DNA of 64,000 nucleotides from an uncultured Thermoleophilia bacterium (GTDB lineage Bacteria; Actinomycetota; Thermoleophilia; UBA2241): NCBI GenBank assembly GCA_963702475.1, contig CAVPCT010000003.1, positions 864,001 to 928,000 of the forward strand, read 5' to 3'. Shown piece by piece: positions 50,675 to 59,070 of this stretch (position 1 is its first letter; each line of letters starts with the position of its first letter). The notes under the pieces were generated by a model. It saw only the letters and a program-made list of their open reading frames with translations, ran no database searches and was not told where the DNA came from. The position numbers and the translations under genes were made by a program.

Positions 50675-50880
50675 GGCGTCCCTCCTCGTCGTCCGCTTTC
50701 GCGGCGCCAGCGTGTCACGTACGGCCCGTCGGCGCACGTCGTACCGCGACGCGCGCCCGCTCCACCCACGCACCGCGCCCCCGAAAGGTTTGCACGTTCT
50801 TCATGATTTTGTAACCAAAGTACGTGTATGCTTTCAAAGTACGCGGGAACGAACACGGCAAGCTGACTGCGTTGGGAGGG

Positions 50881-52956
50881 ATGCCTGTGGACCCGAGCGA
50901 GTTCCACGCCGTCGAGGCCGGCGAGGTCGTCAGCTGCCCCGAAGGATACGCCGCCTTCGTGCCGGCGCCACTGCCGCCGAAGTTCGCCTACACGCGCGAG
51001 CTCGTCCTCGCCCTGTCGAGGGCCGATGCCGCCCTGGGCGAGCTCTCCGGCATCGGCACGCAGCTGCCCGACCCGGACCTGCTCGACGCGCCGTTCAAGC
51101 GCCAGGAGGCGCTGTGCTCCTCGCGCATCGAAGGCGCCGACGTGAGCCTCTCGGACCTGCTTCTCGATCAGGTGGGCGCGGCGCGCCCCAGCGTTCCGCG
51201 CGACAATCTGCGCGAGGTGCGCGCCTGCATCGCCACCCTGCGCTTCGGCGTGCAGCGGCTCAAGGAGGAGCCGCTCTCGCTGGACTTCGTGCGCGCCCTG
51301 CACGAGCGCCTGCTCATGGGCGAGGTGGGGCAGGCGCGCACGCCCGGCGAGTTCCGCACCTCGCAGAACTGGATCGGGCCTCCCGGCGCCACGCTGGCCA
51401 CCGCCACGTACGTGCCCACGCCCATCGCGCAGTTGCACCAGGCGCTCTCGCAGTGGGAGGCGTTCCTGCAGGAGCGCGGCGCGGTGCCGGACCTCGTGCA
51501 GTGCGCCATGCTTCACGCGCAGTTCCAGAGCATCCACCCGTTCGTGGGCGGCAACGGCCGGCTCGGGCGGTTGCTCATCACGCTGTTCCTCATGGAGCGC
51601 GCCCGCCTCAGCCGCCCGCTGCTCTACCTCTCCGCCTTTCTCGAGGGTCACCGCGACGAGTACTACGTGCTGCTCCAGCGGGTGCGAACCCACGGCGAGT
51701 GGGAGCCGTGGTTGCGCTTCTTCGCCCAGGGCGTCTACGAGACGGCGCGGCGCGCGTCGCGCCAGGCGCGCGCGCTCATCGGCCACTACGAGCGCGATCG
51801 AGAGAAGCTCCGAGGGCATACGCTAGAGTTGGCCGACGAGCTGTTCCGCACCCCGTGCATGACCGTCCCCGAGGCTCAGCGGGTGCTCGACGTGACGAAC
51901 CCGACCGCACGACGCGCCGTGCGCGAACTCGAGGCCAGGGGTCTGCTCGAGGAGTGGGGCGAGAAGAGCTGGCCGCGGGTCTACCTGGCGCGGCACGTGC
52001 TCGACGCCGTGCTGCACCCCGTCGAGGACCTTCGCGCCCTGGCCGCCGCCGAGGCGCAGGGCGCCGTCATCAAGTCCGCGGCTGCGGAGACAGAAGGCCC
52101 GCCGCGTCGCGCCGACCGCCTCATGGCCGAGGCCATGGACATCATCGATGCGGCCCGCGAGCGCGGCGCCCAGTTGCGCCTCACCGGAGGGCTCGCCATC
52201 CGCCGGTACTGCACCGACCTCGTCTTCATGGACCGCGAGTACTCGGACATCGACTTCGTCGCGCTGTCCTCCCAGGCCAAGGAGGTGGGCGAGACCTTCG
52301 AGGCGCTCGGCTACACCGAGAACCGCTACGTGAGCCAGTCCACCGGCCACGCCCAACTCCAGTACATCAAGGACGAGGCGCTGCGCCACGCCGCCGAGAA
52401 GGCGGCGGGCAGCGCGTGTGACGCATCGTACGAGCCGCCTCTGGTGGATCACGTGGACGTCTTTCTCGACGTCATGCGCATGGATCACGATGTCGACGTG
52501 CAGGACCGCCTCGACATCGACGAGTACGCCATAGCGCCGGCAGACGCGTTCATCGCCAAGATGCAGATCGGCAAGATCAACCAGAAGGACGTCCACGACA
52601 TCGTCGCCCTGGTGAAGGACGTGCCTCTGCGCGACGTGGACGACGACACCAGCATCGACGTGCTCCACATCGCCGACGTCTGCTCGCGGGACTGGGGCCT
52701 GTACCACGACATCACGACGAACCTGGACAAGGCCCTGGCGATGGCCGGCGACTACGGCCTCACCGCGGACGAGGAGCACCGCGTGCTCGCCCGGCTGCGG
52801 GCCATCAAGGAGTCGGTCGAGAGCGCCAGCAAGACGTTCCTCTGGCGGCTGCGCGCCAGCGTGGGCCAGCGGGTCGCCTGGCGCCGGGAGATCGAAGAGA
52901 CCGAAGGCACCACGGTGATCGCTCCGGAGTGGGACTACCGGCGCGACCTCGGCTGA
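50881..52956 (+). CDS. Fic-family protein (Fic_N-Fic-wHTH) fused to a nucleotidyltransferase-like domain
   Basis: SSRIEG, PGEFRTSQNWIG, HPFVGGNGRLGR, HTH, then GGLA...DIDF...DVF NTase-like pattern in one continuous ORF; GGAGGG RBS. Confidence 0.85.
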   Translation: MPVDPSEFHAVEAGEVVSCPEGYAAFVPAPLPPKFAYTRELVLALSRADAALGELSGIGTQLPDPDLLDAPFKRQEALCSSRIEGADVSLSDLLLDQVGAARPSVPRDNLREVRACIATLRFGVQRLKEEPLSLDFVRALHERLLMGEVGQARTPGEFRTSQNWIGPPGATLATATYVPTPIAQLHQALSQWEAFLQERGAVPDLVQCAMLHAQFQSIHPFVGGNGRLGRLLITLFLMERARLSRPLLYLSAFLEGHRDEYYVLLQRVRTHGEWEPWLRFFAQGVYETARRASRQARALIGHYERDREKLRGHTLELADELFRTPCMTVPEAQRVLDVTNPTARRAVRELEARGLLEEWGEKSWPRVYLARHVLDAVLHPVEDLRALAAAEAQGAVIKSAAAETEGPPRRADRLMAEAMDIIDAARERGAQLRLTGGLAIRRYCTDLVFMDREYSDIDFVALSSQAKEVGETFEALGYTENRYVSQSTGHAQLQYIKDEALRHAAEKAAGSACDASYEPPLVDHVDVFLDVMRMDHDVDVQDRLDIDEYAIAPADAFIAKMQIGKINQKDVHDIVALVKDVPLRDVDDDTSIDVLHIADVCSRDWGLYHDITTNLDKALAMAGDYGLTADEEHRVLARLRAIKESVESASKTFLWRLRASVGQRVAWRREIEETEGTTVIAPEWDYRRDLG

Positions 52957-53090
52957 CGCGCGGGCGCCGCCGCTCCACAGGCTCCCGCGTGCGGGCGACG
53001 CTCCCGGCGCAGCATAGAATGTATGCAGTGACGCCGGCCGCGGGCGGGGCACGAATGCCCTCGCCCTGACGCCGGCAGGAGGGAGCAGGC

Positions 53091-55064
53091 ATGGGGGGCA
53101 TGGTCCCTGAGGACGTCTACGGGCTGACGGGGGTGTCGGACCCCCGGCTCTCGCCGGACGGCACGACCGTCGCCTATGTGGTGGACCGGGTCGACGGCGA
53201 GGCGAACGAGTACCGCGGCGCCATCTGGCTCGCGCCGGCCGACGGCTCAGGCGAGCCGCGGCAGTTCACCGCAGGCGCGAAGATGGACGGCGACCCGCGC
53301 TGGTCGCCGGACGGCGCCTCACTCGCCTTCACGTCCAACCGCGACGGCAAGGTGGCGCAGCTGTACGTCATGCCGGCGCGGGGGGGCGAGGCGCGCAAGC
53401 TCACCGACCTCAAAGAGGACGTGACGCAGCCGGAGTGGTCGCCGGACGGGGCTACCCTCGCGTTCGTCGCGCGCGTGCGTGACGCGGCCTACACCGAGGA
53501 GGACGAAAAGAAACGGGAGCCGCGCCGCATCACGCGCCTCCAGTACAAGCACGACAACATCGGCTGGACGTTCGACCGGCCGCAGCACGTGTTCACGGTC
53601 GCGGCCGACGGCTCGTCCGAGCCGGTCCAGCTCACCGCCGGCGACTTCGAGGACTCCTCACCGTCCTGGTGTCCCGACGGCAGGACGATTGCTTTCGTCT
53701 CGGCGCGGCATGAGGACTGGGACATCGACATGGCCAGCGACGTGTACCTTGTGGACGCCGCCGGCGGAGAGCCGCGGCGTCTCACGCAGGGCGGCGGGTC
53801 CACGGGCGGCCTGTCCTGGTCTCCCGACGGTACACGCATCGCCGTGCAGCGGTACCCGGCCGTCTACGACGACCCGAAGAACACGCAGGTGGGCGTCGTC
53901 GACGCCGCCTCGGGCGAGATCCGCCTGCTCACGCAGGCGCTCGACCGCGACTGCGGCGGGTACGGAGCCATCCGCGAGCCGGTCTGGGACGCGGACGACC
54001 TCCTGTTCCCGGTGGACGACCGCGGCCGCACGCACGTCTACAGGGTGCCGGCGGACGGCTCCGCAGCGCCCGGGGTCGTGGTCGGCGGTGAGCGTGTGGT
54101 CACCGGCTTCGACGCGCGCGCCGGCCGCGTCGTGTTCTCGGCCACTGAGGCGACGCGGCTCAGCGAGCTGTACGTGACCGACGGCGCGCCCGACGGCGGC
54201 CGTCGCCTCAGCGGCGTCGGAGAGGCGTTCGCCGCCGCGCGTGACCTCTCCGCTCCAGAGCGTTACACGGCCGTCTCGGCCGACGGCGCCGAGGTGGAGG
54301 CTTGGGTGATGCGCCCGGCCGGCTTCGAGCCCGGAGAGAAGTACCCGACACTGCTGAACATCCACGGCGGGCCGTTCGGCCAGTACGGAGTCGGTTTCTT
54401 CGACGAGTTCCAGGTGTATACGGCCGCCGGCTACGTGGTGCTGTACGCCAACCCGCGCGGCTCGTCCGGCTACAGCGAGGCCTGGGGCCGGGCCATCCGT
54501 GGCCCCGGCGACGCCGGCCCAGGCTGGGGCTCCGTGGACTACGACGACTGCATGGCCGTGGTGGACGAGGCGCTCCGGCGCTTCGACTTCGTCGACCCGG
54601 AGCGCCTGGGCGTGATGGGTGGCTCGTACGGCGGCTACATGACCTCGTGGATCGTCTCGCACACCGACCGCTTCAAGGCGGCCATCTCCGAGCGCTCGGT
54701 GAACAGCATGGTGAGCGAGTGGGGTTCCAGCGACTTCGGCTGGGACTTCAAGGGCTACATGGATGCCTGGCTCTTCGACGACGTGCAGAAGTACCTGGAC
54801 GTCTCCCCCGCGTCGTACGCGCGGGACATCCGCACGCCGCTCCTCATCCTGCACTCGGAGGAGGACCTGCGCTGCCCGGTCGAGCAGGCCGAGCACCTGT
54901 TCGTCAGCCTGCGCCTGCTCAAGCGGCCGGTGGAGATGGTGCGCTTTCCCAAGGAGTCGCACGAGCTGTCGCGCTCGGGAAGCCCGCTGCACCGCGTGCG
55001 GCGGTTCCGGATCATCCTCGAGTTCATGGACAGGCATCTCGGGGACGGCGGGGAGCCGGCGTGA
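53091..55064 (+). CDS. S9 family peptidase (acylaminoacyl peptidase-like) with PD40 beta-propeller
   Basis: WSPDG repeats, HGGP, NPRGS.GY, GGSYGG, D.RCP, ESH. Confidence 0.95.
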   Translation: MGGMVPEDVYGLTGVSDPRLSPDGTTVAYVVDRVDGEANEYRGAIWLAPADGSGEPRQFTAGAKMDGDPRWSPDGASLAFTSNRDGKVAQLYVMPARGGEARKLTDLKEDVTQPEWSPDGATLAFVARVRDAAYTEEDEKKREPRRITRLQYKHDNIGWTFDRPQHVFTVAADGSSEPVQLTAGDFEDSSPSWCPDGRTIAFVSARHEDWDIDMASDVYLVDAAGGEPRRLTQGGGSTGGLSWSPDGTRIAVQRYPAVYDDPKNTQVGVVDAASGEIRLLTQALDRDCGGYGAIREPVWDADDLLFPVDDRGRTHVYRVPADGSAAPGVVVGGERVVTGFDARAGRVVFSATEATRLSELYVTDGAPDGGRRLSGVGEAFAAARDLSAPERYTAVSADGAEVEAWVMRPAGFEPGEKYPTLLNIHGGPFGQYGVGFFDEFQVYTAAGYVVLYANPRGSSGYSEAWGRAIRGPGDAGPGWGSVDYDDCMAVVDEALRRFDFVDPERLGVMGGSYGGYMTSWIVSHTDRFKAAISERSVNSMVSEWGSSDFGWDFKGYMDAWLFDDVQKYLDVSPASYARDIRTPLLILHSEEDLRCPVEQAEHLFVSLRLLKRPVEMVRFPKESHELSRSGSPLHRVRRFRIILEFMDRHLGDGGEPA

Positions 55065-55657
55065 GCGAGGGCGGGGCGTTGCGCCTCATGGTGGTCATCG
55101 CCAGCACAAGGCCCGGCCGGGTCGGTCTGCCGGTGGGGGAGTGGGTCGTGGAGCAGGCTGAGGCGCACGGCGGCTTCGACGTGGACCTCGCCGACCTCGC
55201 CGAGCTCGGCCTGCCCTTCATGGACGAGCCCAACCACCCGCGGCTGAAGCACTACACCAAGCCACACACCTGGGCATGGAGCGAGCGTGTGGATCCAGCC
55301 GACGCCTTCGTCTTCGTGTTCCCGGAGTACAACCACGGCCTCAACGCCCCGCTCAAGAACGCCCTCGACTTCCTGTACCAGGAGTGGGCGCACAAGCCGG
55401 CGGGGCTGGTCACCTACGGCGGCATCGCCGCGGGGTCGCGCTCGGCGGAGATGCTCCGCCTCGCCCTCCTGGGGCTGCGCGTCGTGCCCATCTTCGAGAG
55501 CGTGTACATCCCGTTCGTGTCGCAGGCGCTCGACGACGGGCGCTTCCAGGCGAGCGAGAGCGTGGAGCGCGCCGCGACGGCCCTGTTCGACGAGCTCGGG
55601 CGGTACGCCCGCGCTCTGCGTGTGCTGCGCGAGCCGGCCCCCGAGGGCCGCGCGTGA
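55061..55657 (+). CDS. NADPH-dependent FMN reductase
   Basis: STRPGRVG, PEYNHG....LKNALD.L..EW..KP; GTGA overlap. Confidence 0.92.
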   Translation: MSEGGALRLMVVIASTRPGRVGLPVGEWVVEQAEAHGGFDVDLADLAELGLPFMDEPNHPRLKHYTKPHTWAWSERVDPADAFVFVFPEYNHGLNAPLKNALDFLYQEWAHKPAGLVTYGGIAAGSRSAEMLRLALLGLRVVPIFESVYIPFVSQALDDGRFQASESVERAATALFDELGRYARALRVLREPAPEGRA

Positions 55658-56679
55658 AGCGGGCCGGGGGCGAGCGCGGTGTGCATGGCGCCGGCGCGGC
55701 GGCTCTCGTCGCGCTCGCACTTCTGGCCGCGGCCCTGGCCGGCGTGGGCGTGAGCGCGGGGCCGGCGGGAGCCGCCGGCAAGACCCGCTACGTCGCTGTC
55801 TCCGTGGCGACGCTCTGGGTGCAGCCGGGTGGCGCCCGCGCCGTGGATGCACCCTCGCTGGCCGTGCCGGCCGACCCGCGCGAGTGGGTCGAGGACATGT
55901 CGGTCGAGCAGAAGCGCTGGCTGGTGGGCCGCCTCGAGACCCAGGCGCTGCTCGGCGACAAGGTCACGGTAGTGACGACGAGGGGCTCGTGGTCCAGAGT
56001 GGCCGTCGTGAACCAGCCCACGCCGCGCGATAGGCGCGGCTACCCGGGCTGGCTGCCCACGGCCCAGCTCAGCGTTCGGGCGCCCGAGCCCACGCAGGGG
56101 GTTGCCACCGTGGTCCGGCCCACCGCGTGGCTCCACGCGGCGTCGGACCTCGAGGAGCGCGTCCTCGAGGTGTCGTACGCCACGCGGCTGTACGTGCAGG
56201 GCACGGGTGACGGCTGGGTGGAGGTCGCGACGCCGTCCGGCGATCACCTGTTCGTCGCCCGCGGTGCCGTCGTCCTGCGCGCCCGCGGATCGCAGGCGCT
56301 GACGCCGACCGGCGCGCAGGTATTGGCCGAGGCGCGCCGCTTTCTCGGTCTGCAGTACCTCTGGGCCGGCACGGCAGGGTTCGGCTTCGACTGCTCCGGC
56401 TTCACGTACTCCGTGTTCCGCGTGCTCGGCGTCACGATCCCGCGCGACGCCGGCCCGCAGTCGGTCTTCGGCCGCGCCGTGCGTTCCCGTGGCTCGCTGC
56501 GCGCCGGCGACCTGGTGTTCTTCCGCAGCGCCTCCGGCGGGGTGCATCACGTCGGCATCTGCGTTGGCGGCGGCCGCATGATCCACGCGCCGCGCACCGG
56601 CAAGCCGGTCGCCGAGGTCTCGCTGTCCGCCGAGCCGTACGCGTCGGAGTTCGCCGGGGGGCGGCGTCTGACGCGCTGA
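55654..56679 (+). CDS. NlpC/P60 (C40) peptidase with SH3-like domains (YkfC-like)
   Basis: Signal peptide; ETQALLG, QPTP....GYPGW, YLWAG....GFDCSG, PRDA..Q, HVGI, IHAP. Confidence 0.92.
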   Translation: MKRAGGERGVHGAGAAALVALALLAAALAGVGVSAGPAGAAGKTRYVAVSVATLWVQPGGARAVDAPSLAVPADPREWVEDMSVEQKRWLVGRLETQALLGDKVTVVTTRGSWSRVAVVNQPTPRDRRGYPGWLPTAQLSVRAPEPTQGVATVVRPTAWLHAASDLEERVLEVSYATRLYVQGTGDGWVEVATPSGDHLFVARGAVVLRARGSQALTPTGAQVLAEARRFLGLQYLWAGTAGFGFDCSGFTYSVFRVLGVTIPRDAGPQSVFGRAVRSRGSLRAGDLVFFRSASGGVHHVGICVGGGRMIHAPRTGKPVAEVSLSAEPYASEFAGGRRLTR

Positions 56680-56884
56680 CGAAGCGCAGCCTGTGCCGAG
56701 ACGACCGTCGCCCGGGCCCGCACGGGTGCCGGCGAGGCCTCCGGCGGGCAGGATGTCTGGCAGGAGACGAGTGGCCCGGCCGGGCCCGGCCGTCGCCCTG
56801 CCGTCCGGCAGGGCTACTGACGCGGGCCTCCCCGGTCGATACGGTTGCTGCGCGCGGCGCGCGGCCGCGGAGAGGAGGTTGGAC

Positions 56885-57766
56885 GTGAAGCACGAGAAGG
56901 CGGCGGGGGAGACGCGCATCACCTATGTCGGCCACGGCACGGTGCTCATCGAGATGGACGGCGTGCGCATCATCACGGACCCCGTCCTCAAGCGCTGGAC
57001 AGGGGCGCTGCGCCGCTACGGCCCGTTGCCCGACCCCAGCGTGCACCACCACCTCGACGCGGTGCTCATCTCTCACCTGCACCTCGACCACCTGGATTCG
57101 CCCTCACTCAGGATGCTCCCCAAGCACGCAGTGGTCATCGGGCCGCCGCTGGTGGGTCGCACCGTCCACAAGGTGGGCTTCAAGACAGTCATCGAGACAC
57201 GGCGCGACACGGTGTTGCACGTGGGCGACGTCGACGTCATCGCCGTGCACGCCAAGCACACCAAGCGCCGCTGGGTGGTCACACCGGCCACGGAGCCGCT
57301 GGGGTTCATCATCCAGGGCTCGTCCATCATCTACTTCGCCGGCGACACGGCCCTCTTCGACGAGATGGACCAGATCCACGAGCGCATCGACGTGGCGCTG
57401 CTGCCCATCGAGACGTGGGGCGTGCGGCCGCCGGAGGGCCGGCACATGAGCCCGCGCTCCGCGGCCACGTCTCTCGCCATGCTGGAGCCGCGCATCGCCG
57501 TGCCGATCCACTGGGGCACGCTCTACCTGCCCGGCTCCGCGTATGCCGGCAAGGAGGCCACGTACGCGTGGTTCCGCAAGATCCGACGGCGGCCCGAGGC
57601 GTTCGCCACCATCGCCGCCGAGGCCGCACCAGACGTGGACGTGCGGCTGCTGGACCCGGGCGAGGCCCTGGTCGTCCCGCCGCACCCGGACGGGCCCTGG
57701 CAGCCCACCGATGCGGCCGAGCCGTCCGCCGACGGCGCCTCGGTGCCGCCCGGCCCGCCCCCGTGA
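56885..57766 (+). CDS. MBL-fold metallo-hydrolase (UlaG/NAPE-PLD-like)
   Basis: GH.T.LI, TDP, SHLHLDH, YFAGDT, LLPI, PIHWGT. Confidence 0.9.
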   Translation: MKHEKAAGETRITYVGHGTVLIEMDGVRIITDPVLKRWTGALRRYGPLPDPSVHHHLDAVLISHLHLDHLDSPSLRMLPKHAVVIGPPLVGRTVHKVGFKTVIETRRDTVLHVGDVDVIAVHAKHTKRRWVVTPATEPLGFIIQGSSIIYFAGDTALFDEMDQIHERIDVALLPIETWGVRPPEGRHMSPRSAATSLAMLEPRIAVPIHWGTLYLPGSAYAGKEATYAWFRKIRRRPEAFATIAAEAAPDVDVRLLDPGEALVVPPHPDGPWQPTDAAEPSADGASVPPGPPP

Positions 57767-57903
57767 GCGTGGAGCCGCCACAGAGCGGCGTCTCGTCCGG
57801 GCGCGAGCGCGACGAGCGCGACGCCGGGTACCGCGGTGAGGACGCCCGGATCGAGACCGAACCTCAACCTCACGTGGAGGTAGAGACTACGGCGTGACAC
57901 CGT

Positions 57904-57943
57904 GAGAAAGGGGCGGGCGCCGGCCGGCGCCCGCCCCTTTCTC
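57904..57943. terminator. Bidirectional terminator hairpin
   Basis: gagaaaggggcgggcgccgg/ccggcgcccgcccctttctc palindrome between convergent genes. Confidence 0.75.
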
Positions 57944-57972
57944 GTGCGGTGCGATCTCTCTCTCAGCTCACC

Positions 57973-58893
57973 TCAGCACTCGTCCAGCCACTTCCGGTAC
58001 TCGGGGTCGTCCACCGTCTTCTGGGAGCGGTTCACGATGCGGTCCATGCCCCACTCCCAGTAGTCGAAGTCGATGTGCGACACCGTCTTCTGGATCATGG
58101 CCCACACGCCCCACCACACTCCCGAGACGACCTTGTACAGCATCATGCGGCCGAAGCGGCCCTCGTCCATGCCGTTGCAGTACGTCTCGATGATCAGGCG
58201 TTCCTCGTCGCGCGTGAACGGGTGCTCCATGACGAAGTCACCGAGGTCGAAGTACGGGTCGGTCTGCCCGCCGTACTCCCAGTCGATCACCCACATCTTG
58301 CCGCTCGCGTCGACGATGAAGTTCTCGCTCAGCAGGTCGTTGTGACAGGCCACGTCCTGGGGCGGGCGCGCCGACGTGGCCTTCTCGATGACGTCCATCT
58401 CCTTGAGCAGCGACTCGAGCTCGGGCGGCATGGGGGCGTCGATCTCCCGTGCGATCTTCGTGTAGTGGCGCAGCATGTCGAAGACCTGGATCTTGTGCGT
58501 GAAGGTGGCCTTCTCGTGGATGACCTTGACGGTCTCCACGACCTGCCGGATGCGGTCCGGGTGCCCGGCGATGGTGTCGGGGTGCATGAGCTCGCCCTCG
58601 ACGAAGTCGCTGACGAGGGCCCCCTCGGGGTCGATCTGGTAGGCGACCGCGGGGCCCACGCCGGCCTTGGCGGCCTGGATCATGTTGTAGCGCTCGACCT
58701 CGCGGTCGATGAACATGTCGGTGCCGGTGCCGGGGACGCGGAGGACATACTTCTTTCCCTGGGGCGGCCCCCCGTCGACCCAGATGATGTAGTTGTGGTT
58801 GGTGATGCCTCCGCCGAGCTCCTCGTACCGCACATCGTGACCCTTCCAGGCGTCGATGCGGCCAATGGCTTCCTCGGGTCCGAACTGTGACAT
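57973..58893 (-). CDS. Choline/ethanolamine kinase family phosphotransferase
   Basis: GGITN.NY, LRVPG.GT..FIDR, CHNDL..EN, IDWEY, D.YFDLG. Confidence 0.9.
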   Translation of the reverse strand: MSQFGPEEAIGRIDAWKGHDVRYEELGGGITNHNYIIWVDGGPPQGKKYVLRVPGTGTDMFIDREVERYNMIQAAKAGVGPAVAYQIDPEGALVSDFVEGELMHPDTIAGHPDRIRQVVETVKVIHEKATFTHKIQVFDMLRHYTKIAREIDAPMPPELESLLKEMDVIEKATSARPPQDVACHNDLLSENFIVDASGKMWVIDWEYGGQTDPYFDLGDFVMEHPFTRDEERLIIETYCNGMDEGRFGRMMLYKVVSGVWWGVWAMIQKTVSHIDFDYWEWGMDRIVNRSQKTVDDPEYRKWLDEC

Positions 58894-59070
58894 GGTGACG
58901 TCCTTTCGCCCGTGAGTCGCACAGACGCTTTCACATTCTCGCGGAATCTTCCAGACCAGCCGCGGCGGTCCACGTTTGACACCCTCTCGCCTCATTGACT
59001 ACGGTCAGGCCTGAGCGGGGCGCCGGAGGGCGATGGGTCCCCGCGCTTGGCAGGCTCCGGGGGGCAGGAC

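Noticed and set aside
57763-57897. 44-aa ORF overlapping the MBL hydrolase stop
   Set aside because: No RBS or motif; the overlap alone is insufficient.
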